From Eledone cirrhosa (lineage: Eukaryota): a DNA stretch of 64,000 bases. Below are positions 22,577 through 35,566 of this stretch, piece after piece (within the stretch, counting starts at the first letter, position 1; each line of letters begins with the position of its first letter). The notes under the pieces are model-generated. The model saw only the letters and a list, made by a program, of their open reading frames with translations, was not told where the DNA came from and did no database searches. The stretch is from positions 76,818,001 through 76,882,000 of the forward strand of contig OZ024741.1 of NCBI GenBank assembly GCA_964016885.1. The letters run 5' to 3'. The translations under genes and the position numbers were made by a program.

Positions 22577-23368
22577 AGGGTTCTCTCTAAAAATGAAAGG
22601 CAGGCTGTATGATGCCTGCATACGAACAGCAATGTTGCATGGCAGTGAGACCTGGGCATTGTGTGCAGAGGATATACGCAGACTGGAGAGGAATGAAGCT
22701 TGCATGCTCCGCTGCATGTGTAATAGTAATATACGTGAACGGCAAAGCATAAACGAACTAAGGGAGAAATTAGGAATAAGAGGGATCAGATGTTGTTTAC
22801 TCGAGAGAAGGCTACGTTGGTATGGTCACGTGATGCGCATGAAAGACGACAGCTGTATAAAAAAGTGCAGGGCGATAAAAATAGACGGTAGCCACGGAGT
22901 AGGCAGACCCAGAAAAACCTGGGACGATTTGATAAATTCCGACCTCACACACTTACACCTCTCCAAGACAATGTCACTGGACCGAGATATTTGGCGCTAC
23001 ACAGTAATACAGAAGACCCGCCTTACCTAAGTACAAAGTGAAACCTACTACAGTCAGTAGGCACCTCTAACAAAATACACCCCCGTCCCACTACCCCCAC
23101 CCCATCCACATCACCCCTTTCAATGTAAAGTTATGTTGGTACCACAACATCCAGTCCGAAACAAATGAGGTCGTGTAGGTGTCACGACAAAAAAACACAG
23201 TCCACGCTGTAATGTGGTTGGTGTTAGGAAGGGCACCCAGCCGTCGAAAACCCGCCAGACAGTCCTATGCGAGCAAGACAACCACTCTTGCCTCAAGTGG
23301 GAAAACTCCCGTCCAAACCCATGCAAGCGTGGAAGATGGACGTTAAACGATGATGATGATGATGATGA
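22576..23368 (+). mobile_element. RTE-clade LINE (family A) 3' fragment
   Basis: ORF 22593..23030 is nearly identical to the end of the 5331-7035 copy and is followed by a (GAT)n tail. Confidence 0.94.
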
Positions 23369-23399
23369 TATATACATACATACATACATACATACATAC

Positions 23400-26300
23400 A
23401 TGATGGCTGTCCCCTCGTTATCGAATATGGCCATTGCACGAAAAGAAAAACCCATAATAACAACAACAATAATAATAATAATAACAATAATAATAACGAC
23501 AACAACGACAACAATAATAATATACATATATATATATACACACACGCACTCACATAAACATATCTACACACACACACGATAGCAATTAACAGCGCTGCGA
23601 TCGAATGTGACTTTTTAGCCCAGCCAATGATCTAAAATGTCTTGAACAGAGTTGGCAACCAAAACATTCACAGGGAATAGCCGGCTGTGGTTGGAGTTCA
23701 TGTACTTTTGCACGTTGTTTGAGCCTTCCTGCTGATTTACATTCTCTACCACGTGCTTGGCAAGCATGATGAGTAGCATCTCCAACAGCAGCCTGGTAGT
23801 CAACCACTGGTCTCACTTTATGACTGTGAAGATGACTTTCGAGTCCAGCTTTGCTTAGGCAGAGTCTCACACAGATGCTGCATGTCAGCGCCATAGAAGG
23901 ACCTTCGCCGTCTGGAAATGCAACAGCAATGCCCTTCCTCACATCCCACTTTACTTTCTCGTATGCAAATCGAGATGCCTCAAAGGCAACTTTCCCCTCA
24001 TATACAGTCTTTCTCCATTTATTACGATCAGCAGCAACATTTTCCCATGTTTCAGCAGAGATGTTAGCGACTTTCAAAGAGGCTTTCAAGGAATCCTTAT
24101 ACCTCTTTTTTGGTTTATGTGGAGGTCGTTTTCCTTTAACTAACTCTCCATAAAAGAGTTGTTTTGGTATTCTAGAATCCTTCATCCTGGCAAGGTGACC
24201 ACTATATCGGAATATTTGCTTAAGCACAAGAGCTTCTATACTTGTACACAGAGAGCTTTCCAAAATCTCAACATCACTGATGTGGTCTCTTTAGTGAACG
24301 CCATGGATCCATCTGATGGAAACATTTCAATTGTTTAAGGTGGTGTCGATATGTGACCCAGGTCTCGCAAGTATAAAGAAGAGAAGAGAGCACACATGCC
24401 TTGTACACCTTTAACTTTGTCTTCTTGCATATGTCTCGCCTACCCCAGAGTCGCGTTTCTAGCTTTCAGAAAGCATCACTTGCTTTCCTAATCCTGAGTG
24501 GGATTTCATTATCAAGGTTGCTGTATCGATTGACAGTGCTTCCCAGGTAGACAAACTGATCAACCACTCCAAGTCGTTTACCATACACATAGATATTTGG
24601 TTCACTGTACTGCTTACCAGGGGCAGGTTGGTACATGATGACGGTTTTCTTGAGACTGACAGTCAATCCTAGGGCAGTGCAAGCATCAGAAAATGCATTC
24701 AAAATGTACTGCATATCAATCTCTGTGTGTGCTACAAGATCGCAATCATCTGCATACAAGAGGTCTCTAATGATTGAGGTAAATACTTTTGTTTTTGCAG
24801 CAAAGCACTTCATGTTAAATATGCTGCCAGTGGTTCGATATCGGATGTAAACACCATGCTCGCAATTCCTGAATGCAATATAGGAAACCATTGCAAAGTA
24901 TATGGCAAACAGGGTCGGTGCTGGAATATCCCCGTCTCACTCCATTTTTTACTGAAATAGGCTCCGACATGTTACCTCCGACATTAACCCAAGCTTTCAT
25001 GTTGTCATGGAAAGACCTAACTAAAGCAAGCAACTTATCAAGGCAACCAAGTTTCTGGAGAACCTTCCATAATGCATTTCTGTTAACAGTATCGAAATCT
25101 TTTGTCAGATCGACAAAAACCTGATACAGATCCAAACCTTGTTCCATGCACTTCTCCTGGAGCTGTCTAGCTGAGAAGATCATATCAGTAGTGCCGCGTC
25201 CAGCACGAAAACCAGATTGACTTTCAGGAAGAACACAATCTGCAATGTGTGTCAGCAGATGGTCCAGAAGCACCCTACATAAAACTTTCCCTACGACAGA
25301 AAGCAATGATATATGTCTGTAGTTCCCACAATCATTTCTGTTACCCTTTCCCTTGTACAAGACCACCATTACTGCATCTCTCCAATCTTCAGGTATGGAT
25401 TCATTAGCCCATATCCTGCCAAACAAAGAGTGAAGATGTTGTAGAAGTCTCTCACCACCATATTGTAGGAGCTCTGCATGTATGCCATCCATACCTGGAG
25501 ACCTTCCACTGTTCAGCTTTGAGATAGCCACTGCAACCTCCACAAGCGTCGGAAGTTCTGCGAGAGCTACTTTCACAGGACTTTCTGGAATGAGATTGAG
25601 GAAATCTTCATTGACGACAGACAGCTGATTCAAAAGCTCATAAAAGTGCTCTCGCCACCTTCGTAGAATTCCTTGTGAGTCACGAAGAAGTTCTTTGCCA
25701 TCCTTGCTGCGAAGCGGTGTCACCAGAAGAAGACAGTCCATAAACTTCACGTAAGAGACTATACAACAGCTTTGTGTTATTGGAATCTGACGCAGTTTGT
25801 ATCTCATCAACCTTCTCACCACACCACTGATCCTTCATCTGAGAAAGACTCCGCCTAACACGTGATTTCATATCCTTGAGTTCCTTATGCAACATATTCT
25901 TCTTCTGTGGTTTTGCTGTCAAGTAGCGTGACAGAGCACGCCTCTTATCAGCCAACAAGTCTTCTATATGTTCATCATTCTCATTAAACCACTCTTGATG
26001 TTTTCTCTGCACCAATCCCAGAACACACCTGCCTACATCATAAACCGACTTTTTAAGGGTTGGCCAATCCTCACCAAGATCTGCAACCTGCATCTCTTCT
26101 CACAATGTCCTCTTCACATTTTTATCCCTAAGACGAGCAGCATTCAATCTTCTGAGCAGGGTAACACCAGGAGCCCGGATTTTACGTTTAGTGATTAGTT
26201 TCACTTTTGCGTGTACCAGGCGGTGGTCCATCCAGCACTCAGCTCCACGAAGAGCACGAACACACTGCACATCCCATCTGTCACGCATCCTGATAAGGAC

Positions 26301-27030
26301 GTAGTCCAAAAGATGCCATTCCTTAGATGCAGGATGCATCCATGTAGTCTTAAATTGTTCTTTTGTTGGAACATGGTGTTGGTAACACACAGATCCAGCT
26401 CCTCACACATCTGCAGCAGGAGCATACCATTGCTGTTACACTTTCCCACCCCATGCCTTCCGATTACATTCCATGTGTTAAAATTCCTACCCACTCTAGC
26501 ATTAAAGTCACCAAGCTCGATGACTTTGTCTGCCTGAGGGATATTTCTTTAAACACCTTTAAAAGGACACTTTTTCTTCATCGACAGAATTCATAGTTGG
26601 AGCATACACACTCACCAGGGTCGCATATCTTCCTTTGTCCAGCGGAATTCTCATGGACATAAGACGCTCACTAATCCCTACTGGGAATTCTTCTAATTTA
26701 TCCACAAGAACAGTCTTAACAGCAAATGCTACCCCAGCCTCTCTTCTGGTTCCTTCATCTCTTCCTTTCCAGAAGAATGTATATTCTCCACAAAATTCTG
26801 TAAGATGACTATCTCCAGCTAACCTCGTCTCAGATAAAGCTACGATGTCAAGATCGTAACGTCGAAGCTCCTTTGCAACAAGAGCGGTCCTTCGTTCAGG
26901 ATGCTCCAAGGAATCCCTGTCAAGCAGCGTCCATACGTTCCAGCAGCCAAGACTAAATGCCTTGTTTGGCTCTATTACAGTGGCACGATGACGAGCGGGC
27001 CCAGGCTGTGATAACCTGGGGCCCCTGCCC
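23400..27030 (-). mobile_element. Near full-length BovB-like RTE LINE (APE, RT, three C2H2 fingers), frameshifted
   Basis: APE motifs GCWNVWTLLD..PERRTALVAKELRRYDLDIVALSETR, SVYAPT, WHLLDYVL, DHRLV. RT motifs PESQSGFRAGRGTTDMIF, FVDLTKDFDTV, LLYADD, FVYLGS. C-terminus RIPKQLFYGEL plus zinc fingers. 3' end TCGTGCAATGGCCATATTCGATAACGAGGGGACAGCCATCA. Confidence 0.95.
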
Positions 27031-27191
27031 TTATTGCCAATTATCTCTTTTATTCCAGAACTCTTATTACCAATTATTATCTCTTTTATATTGTTTTGGA
27101 ACATCATTGAATTGGGAAAATAAAAATAAAAATAGTAATAGTAATAGTTTGGTATGGTAAGGACCTTAATAATTGTATATATATATATATG

Positions 27192-27271
<80 letters not shown>

Positions 27272-27288
27272 CATACGTACATACATAC

Positions 27289-28525
27289 AGTTGATGTTGG
27301 AACTCGAAAAATACTAAATAACACCAGAAACTTCCACATCAACAGTGACATAGACCACCTTTACTTGAAACGTAAGCAGGGAGGTAGAGGCCTAACATCA
27401 GTCCAGACAGCATTTGAATGTCGCATCATATCTCTCCGACAACATCTACGAACCTCGAAGCATAGGAGCCTGTCTATCTGTATGAAACAGATAAGATCAT
27501 GAGAGTTGGGAAGGAACTCCTCGAGAGATATTCCATGTGTGATAATCAAAAACTCACACCCAGGGAAGTCGCTCAGCAGTATCGCAGTGAATCCATGGAT
27601 GAAAAACTGCATGCTTATCAGCAAAAAATCATGCATGGATATGTTGCTAGGAAGCTCCAGAGTGAGAGTAATATAGATAAGGAAAGTAGTCTATCTTGGA
27701 CCAACAACCGCTATATTGGCTCCCACTTTGAAGGATACGTTTTTGCAATCCAAGAACAAGAGATTAACACGAAATACCTGATTCACAAAAGAGATAGGGA
27801 TGCAGGCAAAACAGCTAGATGTGATAACAAGTGCAGACTCTGCAGAACTAACGTCGAGGATATCACCCATGTCATCAGCAGCTGTCCAAAGATGTCATCG
27901 TGGTACTATCTACCTATGAGGCATGATGTTATGGCCAAAACACTGTACAATGCAGTTCGTAAAAAAGATAGCCCCAATAATAAACACATTAAAAGCTACA
28001 GCAATGTGGAAGACATCCATGTACATAATATAAAAGAGTACTGGTGGAATGTTCCAGTAAAAACCCCAATAAAATGCAGGCATTTCAGACCAGATATTAT
28101 AATATGGGACAGGGAGAAGAAAGCATGCACAGTAGTGGAAATTAGCTACCCAGCAGATGCCAATATAATATCAAAGATTAGCGAAAAGGAGAATATTTAT
28201 GCAGAACTGATGAGAAATCTGCAGATACTCCACCCTGATTACACCTTCAGATTTATGCCTGTGATTATTGGGGCACTGGGGTATGTTAGTAACTGCCTCA
28301 ATACAAATCTTGAGAAGCTAGGCTTCACAGGAACAGAAAGAACACAACTAGTTAGTAAATTACAAGTACAATCCATTAATGGAACAGTAAAAATATGTAA
28401 AACATTCCAAAAATTTTGCATCTAATAACTGCATATACACATGTACAGATACAAAGCGTATACACATGCACACATACAACTCAAAACATCCACATCCACA
28501 CAAACAATAACATCCATATCTACAC
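27289..28525 (+). mobile_element. Dong/R4-clade non-LTR retrotransposon, 5'-truncated (RT thumb, CCHC, restriction-like endonuclease)
   Basis: LYLKRKQGGRGL, AIQEQEINTK, CRLC..EDITHVISSC, RHD, RPDIIIWD..VVEIS, K..Y, PVIIGALG (ORF 27499..28425). Flanked by (TACA)n. Confidence 0.92.
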
Positions 28526-28598
28526 ATGCATGCATACATACATACATACATACATACATACATACATACATACATACATACATACATACATACATACA

Positions 28599-28837
28599 TC
28601 ATTATTGGTGCTACGGGTTATATATATATGGACCAAAGTATGACCGAACTTGGATTTGCGGACAAAAAGCGCAGCTCCCTAATTCATAGTCTACAAATGG
28701 CTGCGATAGCTGGCACCTTCAAAATATGCAAAACATTCTTGCGATTCAAGGGATGACAATTTCTTTTCTTTTACAACCTTGCCACCAGGAAGGTGGCCGG
28801 TCAAAAAAATATACTCGAAATTAAGAGAAAGAGAAAA
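28599..28837 (+). mobile_element. Second Dong/R4 subfamily 3' end
   Basis: IIIGATGY...LQMAAIAGTFKICKTFLRFKG* is homologous to VIIGALGY...INGTVKICKTFQKF of the upstream copy. Bounded by (TACA)n on both sides. Confidence 0.82.
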
Positions 28838-29235
28838 CATACATACATACATACATACATACCTACCTAGTTGATGTGTAAATTCCAATGAGAGTGTCTT
28901 GTGTCTGTTAGAAACTGACTCTCTCTATTGGGAAAAAATTTGTGAAATTATAAAACCAGAACATACATACATACATACATACATACATACATACATACAT
29001 ACATACATACATACATACATACATACACAGCATTGCAGGGGCCCACCGTAGTATTTTAGGGGCCAATGCTTTGTTTTAAAAAAATATCTTTAAAAAAAAG
29101 TCTTACAGAAAAAATAAAATTTTCTTTTAAATAAATAAACAAATAAGCAAAGCATTTGGTTAAATCAAAATATATGATAGTGCTAACAGTTGGAAACACT
29201 GGTTACTCTATTCATTCATGAATGCATACATACAT

Positions 29236-29270
<35 letters not shown>

Positions 29271-30369
29271 CATATATATATATACTTACACATACACATG
29301 AGCTGTTGGCCAAATATTGTTTGATATCAATGGGTTAAAGACATGTAAAACAAATTAGTGGTCAGTTCTTCAGTTTAATGTCCCTAGGAAGAATGAGTTG
29401 CCAAATAATTTTTGTACCAGTTAAAAACATGTATATAAATACATACATATAAATCTATATATACACATGAACATGTACACACATACACACACTCCTGGAT
29501 ACATATATTGAGTGAATATGAAAGACCAAAGGTCATTATTGAAAGTCTCTGGATGTGTATACTTTTTATTGGAGAGGGTAAGAATGGTCACTCGCATACA
29601 CTACTCAAAATAACAGTATACTATACATTCACAATTATTTAAAAATTCAATTATAACATTCTGTATTAACATTTAGTATTACTGTATGCTGCCGGTAATA
29701 TGTACAGTATATATATACACTATAATTAGTAAAAAATATACATTTTTTTCTGCACTGTTTTGTTTTCATTTATGTATTTTTTGAAAATGTTATTTATTCA
29801 TTATAAAAATTAAATGATAGCATTCAATATGTGGTTGGGTCCCCTTTATCTCCTGGCAACCAATATTTTTAGACCCAGTCCGCCACTGTACATACATATA
29901 TATGGGAAAAGAGATGGGACAGTTATAGCTGAAATGTTATTGATCATAGGACAACTCAATGAGATTTGACCTAGGGTTAAACAACAACAACAGCAACTAT
30001 GGCAGCAGCAGTAGAAACCAGCCAATAGTACTTACACAAAGGTATATAGTTACACTATAAAATATTCGTACGAATACAAAATAGATTATTTTTAATAACT
30101 TTTCCCTGACACCAATAATTGATATTGTAATATTATAGCAAATTCTTCCCAAGGGGGATTTTGTAACCTGCTATATTCGATATCGTGTAACAGTATAAAA
30201 AATTGAGGCAGCTCTACTGTTGATTAACCTGCGATTCAACAGTGAATACGTGTTTATATTTTAAACGTTAAACGTGTTTCTATTTTAAATGGGAGAGAGA
30301 GAATGAAAGGGAAAAATGAAATATATATGGACCTTGGTTCTCTATTTTTAATATACTTTATTTGCCTTC

Positions 30370-30750
30370 GCCACTACCATCACTGAAACAACCACAACAA
30401 CAGCACCACCACACCAACCATTATTGTTTCCAGTGCCACGACCACTATTATCACAACCATTACCACCATCATCATTGCTAACATGATCACCACTACCACA
30501 AACACTACCATTAACACCATCATCATCACTACCATCAGCACATCATCACCTCCACTAAAACAATCTCCATTACCACGACCACAACAATCATCATAACAGC
30601 AACAACCATCATCATCATCACTAGCAACTCCACCATTAATGGTGGAGCTTAGTGTTACTGTTGACTGCTGAGGCAGTGATAGTGATGATGGTGATGGTAA
30701 TAGTAAGGACACAAACACATTGCTGTTGCTAATGATGATGATGATGATGA
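30370..30750. repeat. Low-complexity (CAC/CAT/CAA)n and (GAT)n tract
   Basis: Degenerate trinucleotide repeats. Confidence 0.85.
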
Positions 30751-30850
30751 CAGCTGTTACTGACTAACAACAACAGTTATTTCTCACACAGCAACAAGTA
30801 CTTTTAACAAGTTTGCAAATTATGGAACATATTCATCACAAACATATATA

Positions 30851-31660
30851 ATCATCATCATCACTGTTTTACGTTGATTCTTCCATGCTAGCATGGATTA
30901 GACGGGTTGTCCTGTTGTGGGCAGTGCCAGGTCGGGTGACCTTGTCTTGCTTATACGGGAACTAACGTTGGCTTGATTTCTACAGCTGGATCCCCTTCCT
31001 AACACCAACCTCATTTACAGTGAGTGTTGGGTGCTTTTTTACCGTGTCACCTCCACGACCACTTTACAGTGTGGGCTGGGTGCTTTTTTGTCGTGACACC
31101 CCCACAACCACTTTGCAGTGGGGGGGGGGATATTGTCTATATGGTTCAGCTTCGGCTTATACCAGTGGAAAGTCGTGTCTTCTGTATTATTGCGTGACGC
31201 CAGAGGTCACGGTCATGTGTCACCGCCTTTGAGAGGTGCAATTGGGCAAGGTCAGATTCTATCACATCATCCCAGGTCTCTTGGGTCTCCCCACTCCAAG
31301 GCTTCCATTGACTTTTAGTGTTCTGCAGCTTTTTATGCAGCTGTCATCCTTCATACAGATCCCATGTCCATACCAACGCAACCTCCTCTCCTGCACACAG
31401 CATTTGATTCCTCTTATGCTCAGTCTCTCTCTCAATTTGTTTATGCTTTGTCGTTTGTGTATATTACTATTACACATCCATCGGAACATGCAAGCTTCGT
31501 TTCTTTCTAATCTACACAAGTCTTCTGCACACAACGCCCAGGTTTCACTACCATGTAACATTGCTGTTCATATGCACGCATCATACAGTCTGCCTTTTAT
31601 TTTGAGGGAAAAGCCTCTTGCAGCTGGCAGTGGTAGTAGCTCCCTGAACTTCTTCCATCA
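30851..31660 (-). mobile_element. RTE family A 3' fragment
   Basis: ORF 31262..31561 MLHGSETW...RRLRWYGH, with a (CAT)n tail at 30851-30863. Confidence 0.92.
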
Positions 31661-31667
31661 CATTATA

Positions 31668-32314
31668 TGCAAAGCGTAAATGAACTAAGCGAGAAATTAG
31701 GTATAAGAGGGATCAGATGCAGTATGCTACAGAGGAGATTGCGTTGTTATGGTCATGTGACGTGAATGAAGGACAACAGCTGTATAAAAAGGTGCAGGGC
31801 AATCAAAATTGATGGAAGTTGTGGAGTAGGAAGACCTGGGATGAAGTAATAGAAGTTGACTTTGTGCAACTGAACCTCTCAGAGACAATGACAAAGGAAC
31901 GACATCTTTGGCGTTATGCAGTAATACAAAGGAGATGCCTCCCCATGCGCACAGACTCAAACATACATCTAGTAGGCACCTCTTAACCACTATACTCCCA
32001 CCCACCCAATCCTGTCTACACCACCCGTACACTGAACAAAATATCTCCAGCCCACACTGTAAAGTGGTCATGATGGTGACATGACAAAAAGCACCCAGCC
32101 CACACTGTGTGTGGTCGTGTAGGAGTCACGACAAAAAGCACCTAGTAAACACTGTAAATGTCGTTGGCGTTAGGAAGGGCATGCAGCTGTAGAAACCTAG
32201 CCAGAAACAGTTCTACATGAGCGAGACACAGTCACCTAACCTAGCATGCATCAAATGGGACAACCCATCTAGCCCATGCTAGTGTGGAAAATGGACGTTA
32301 AACGATGATGATAA

Positions 32315-32318
<4 letters not shown>
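31668..32318 (+). mobile_element. RTE family A 3' fragment, head-to-head with the previous copy
   Basis: QSVNELSEKLGIRGIRC..RRLRCYGHV, followed by the 3' UTR repeats and a (GAT)n tail. Confidence 0.88.
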
Positions 32319-32354
<36 letters not shown>

Positions 32355-32387
32355 GTGTACCATATACAGACATAACATACATAACAT

Positions 32388-32770
32388 ACCATCTCGCTAA
32401 CAACAACCCTGAGCACCTTTTTGGTCTCCATGTGTCTAACACACGTGGACATGACTACAAAATCAGAAAACAGCACAGCTCCCATGACTTTCGTAAACAT
32501 TTTTTCATGCTTAGAGTTGCTGAAGCATGGAACAAACTGCCTCGTCAGTTGTTAACTGCCGAGACACTGCATCCTTTAAAACCCTCATGCTTCCCGAAAT
32601 TCACCAAATCTACACCTGATGTCCCCCTTCCATACACATGCACACATGTGTATATCATGACTCATGCACTGTTCATTTTCCTGACGTTTGTACATTACCC
32701 TATGTACTATACATACACTTTTGATGAGTTGTAGTGCACTTGAGCACTGTACACAATATTTTCATTATTA
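32388..32770 (+). mobile_element. CR1-group LINE 3' end
   Basis: SNTRGHDYKIRK...RKHFFMLRVAEAWNKLP, the canonical CR1 C-terminus, followed by a 3' UTR ending in (ATT)n. A second copy lies at 52612-52895. Confidence 0.88.
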
Positions 32771-33079
32771 TCATAAATATTATATCACACACACACAATC
32801 TAATGCTACACTACCATAATAGTGTAGATAAACATACATGCCATACATACACACCACACATCACACATACACACTATACACATCAATACATACAAATATA
32901 AACCCATATTAAAAATTATACATATCACCAAATCTATTTAAATTAGTCACACACCAAAACATTGAAATGTCTGCTTACATATACTTCAACATTTTATAAA
33001 TGTGTGTGTATGTATGTATGTATGTATGTATGTATGTATGTATGTATGTATGTATGCATGCATACATACATACATACAC

Positions 33080-34138
33080 ACATAAACCAGAAGGGAGGTA
33101 TAAGGATTCCTTGAAAGCCTCTTTGAAAGACGCTAACATCTCTGCTGATACATGGGAAAATATTGCTGCTGGTCGTAATAAATGGAGAAAGACTGTATAT
33201 GAGGGAAAAGTTGCCTTTGGGGCATCTCGAATCGTATGCGAGAAAGTAAAGCGGGATGTGAGGAAGGGCATTGCTGTTGCACTTCCAGACGGCGAGGGTC
33301 CTCCTATGGTGCTGACATGCAGCGTCTGTGTGAGACTCTGCCTAAGCAAAGCTGGACTCGAAAGTCATCTTCCAGTCATAAAGTAAGACCAGTGGTTGAC
33401 GACCAGGCTGCTGTTGGAGATGCTACTCATCATGATTGCCAAGCATGTGGTAGAGAATGTAAATCAGCAGGAGGGCTCAAACGACATGCAAAAGTACATG
33501 AACTCCAACCAAAGCCGGCTATTCCCAAAGACATTTTAGATCATTGGCTGGGCTAAAAACCCACATTCGATCGCAGCGGGCTAAAAACCCACATTCGATC
33601 GCAGCGCTGTTAGTTGCTATCGTGTGTGTGTGTATATATATATATATATTATTATTGTTGTTGTTGTTGTCGTTGTTGTTATTCGGTGGATTGGCAGTAT
33701 CGGTAGAGGGTCAGACGCCATGCTTTCCAGTATAGTTACGTCCCTTTACGATCTGAGTTCAAATCCCGCCGAGGGTGACTTTACCTTTCATCCTTACAGG
33801 GTCGATAGAATAAAGTACCAGTAATGCACTGGGTAATTGCTGGCCTTGTGCCTAAAGTAGAAACAATTATTATTATTATTGTTATTGGATTGGCAGTATC
33901 GGTAGAGGGTCGGACGCCATGCTTTCCAGCATAGTTACGTCCCTTTATGATCTGAGTTCAAATCCCGCCGAGGTTGACTTTGCCTTTCATCCTTACAGGG
34001 TCGATAAAATAAAGTACCAGTAATGCACTGGGTAATTGCTGGCCTTGTGCCTAAAGTAGAAACAATTATTGTTATTAATATATTATTTTTTTTTTCTCGT
34101 GCAATGGCCATACTCGATAACGAGGGGGCAGCCATCAT
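33080..34138 (+). mobile_element. BovB-like RTE 3' fragment whose 3' UTR microsatellite hosts two SINEs
   Basis: RYKDSLKASLK..CSVCVRLCLSKAGLESH..CQACGRECKSAGGLKRHAKVH, with the terminal TCGTGCAATGGCCATACTCGATAACGAGGGGGCAGCCATCAT at about 34097-34138. Confidence 0.9.
33685..34050 (+). mobile_element. Two tandem SINE family 1 copies (33685-33868 and 33886-34050)
   Basis: Each matches 5116-5303; they are separated by (ATT)n. Confidence 0.9.
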
Positions 34139-34220
34139 GCATACATACATACACACATTCATGCATACATATATACACATGTATATACATATATAAACAT
34201 ATATATACATATATACACAT

Positions 34221-34310
34221 GGAGGCACATGGCTTAGTGGTTAGAGCATTGGGCTTGCAATCGAAAGTTTGTGAGTTCAATTCTCAGACCGGGTGATGTG
34301 TTGTTTTCTT
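34221..34310 (+). mobile_element. SINE family 2 tRNA-like head only
   Basis: GGAGGCACATGGCTTAGTGGTTAGAGC...GAGTTCAATTCTCAGACCGGG. Confidence 0.82.
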
Positions 34311-34323
34311 GGAGTTATATATA

Positions 34324-34422
34324 CAAGGTGTCCCAAAAATGTCTACACACTTCAACAGCATTCTAATAAATACTGCTTGTACAGGTAATCAAAGTGTGTA
34401 TACATTTTGGGGGGACATCCTG
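34324..34422. mobile_element. ~100-bp Tc1/mariner-like MITE
   Basis: TIRs CAAGGTGTCCCAAAAATGTCTACACACTT / AAGTGTGTATACATTTTGGGGGGACATCCTG, with a TA on the left. Confidence 0.72.
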
Positions 34423-35105
34423 TCATCATCATCATCATCATCATCATCGTTTAATGTCCATCTTCCACGCTTGCATGGGAATTTGGACGGGAATTTTCCC
34501 ACTTGATGCAAGATTGGTTGTCTTGCTCGTATAGGACTGTCTGGCGGGTTTTCTACGGCTGGATGCCCTTCCTAACACCAACCTACATTTACAGTGTGGA
34601 CTGGGAGGTTTTTACCGTGTTACCTACACGGCCACATTACAGCGTGGACTGTGTATTTTTTTTTTCGTGACACCTACATGACCTCATTTATTTCGGACTA
34701 GATGTTGTGGTACCAACATAACTTCACATCGAAAGGGGTGGGGGTGGTGGGACGGGGTGTATTTTTGTTAGTGGTGCCTACTGACTGTAGGTTTCGCTGT
34801 GTGTAGGCAAGGCGGGTCTTCTCTATTACTGTGTAGCGCCAAAGATCTCGGTCCAGTGACATTGTCTTGGAGAGGTGTAAGTGTGTGAGGTCGGAATTTA
34901 TCAAGTCGTCCCAGGTCTTTCTGGGTCTGCCTACTCCGTGGCTACCGTCTATTTTTTATCGCCCTGCACTTTTTTATACAACTGTCATCTTTCATGCGCA
35001 TCACGTGACCGTACCAACGTAATCTTCTCTCGAGTAAACAACATCTGATCCATCTTATTCCTAATTTCTCCCTTAGTTCATTTATGTTTTGCCGTTCACG
35101 TATAT
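34423..35105 (-). mobile_element. RTE family A 3' fragment
   Basis: ORFs 34942..35136 and 34698..34904 encode the RTE C-terminus; (CAT)n tail present. Confidence 0.92.
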
Positions 35106-35530
35106 TATATATGTGTGTGTGTCTGTGAGAAGACAAGAAAAACAGCAGTCCATCTACTGAAAGAGAGCTAATTATTATGATTCATACACGTAACATGTAC
35201 AGCAACTGTACCACTGCTTCATGTATTCTGTGCCATTGTGAACAGACTGCAGTCGCTGCCACACCTATGTTTTGAAATCTAAATTAGATTTCAAAGCATA
35301 TGCTTTGAAACATAAGGTAGCATAATACATGTGTATGAATCATAATAAATGTATGTGTGTGAGTGTCTATAATAATGTAAATAACCCGTGAGCAAATATT
35401 TATTATTTGAACAGGGTGAAAACAAAAGTCATTTGCTTAAACTTTTAATGTTCAAATAATAAACAGATGCATATGTATTTTTCCAATTCCACCCCGCCTG
35501 TTCCTTCAATCTATCTTATTTCTCATTCTT

Positions 35531-35566
35531 TCTTCTGATGAAGGATTAGTGTCCGAAACGTTAAGA
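35531..35566 (+). ncRNA. Minimal hammerhead ribozyme in a ~175-bp repeat (35478-35653)
   Basis: TCTT-CTGATGA-AGGA-TTAGTG-TCC-GAAA-CG-TT-AAGA with palindromic AACGTT. A second copy of the repeat lies at 54150-54322. Confidence 0.75.

Noticed and set aside
29028-29890. DNA transposon bounded by a GC-rich end (CCCAGTCCGCCACTG at 29874-29888)
   Set aside because: I could not find a matching opposite TIR or a TSD.
30380-30718. Hydrophobic Val/Met-rich ORF resembling a membrane protein
   Set aside because: It is the antisense translation of a (CAC/CAT)n low-complexity tract.
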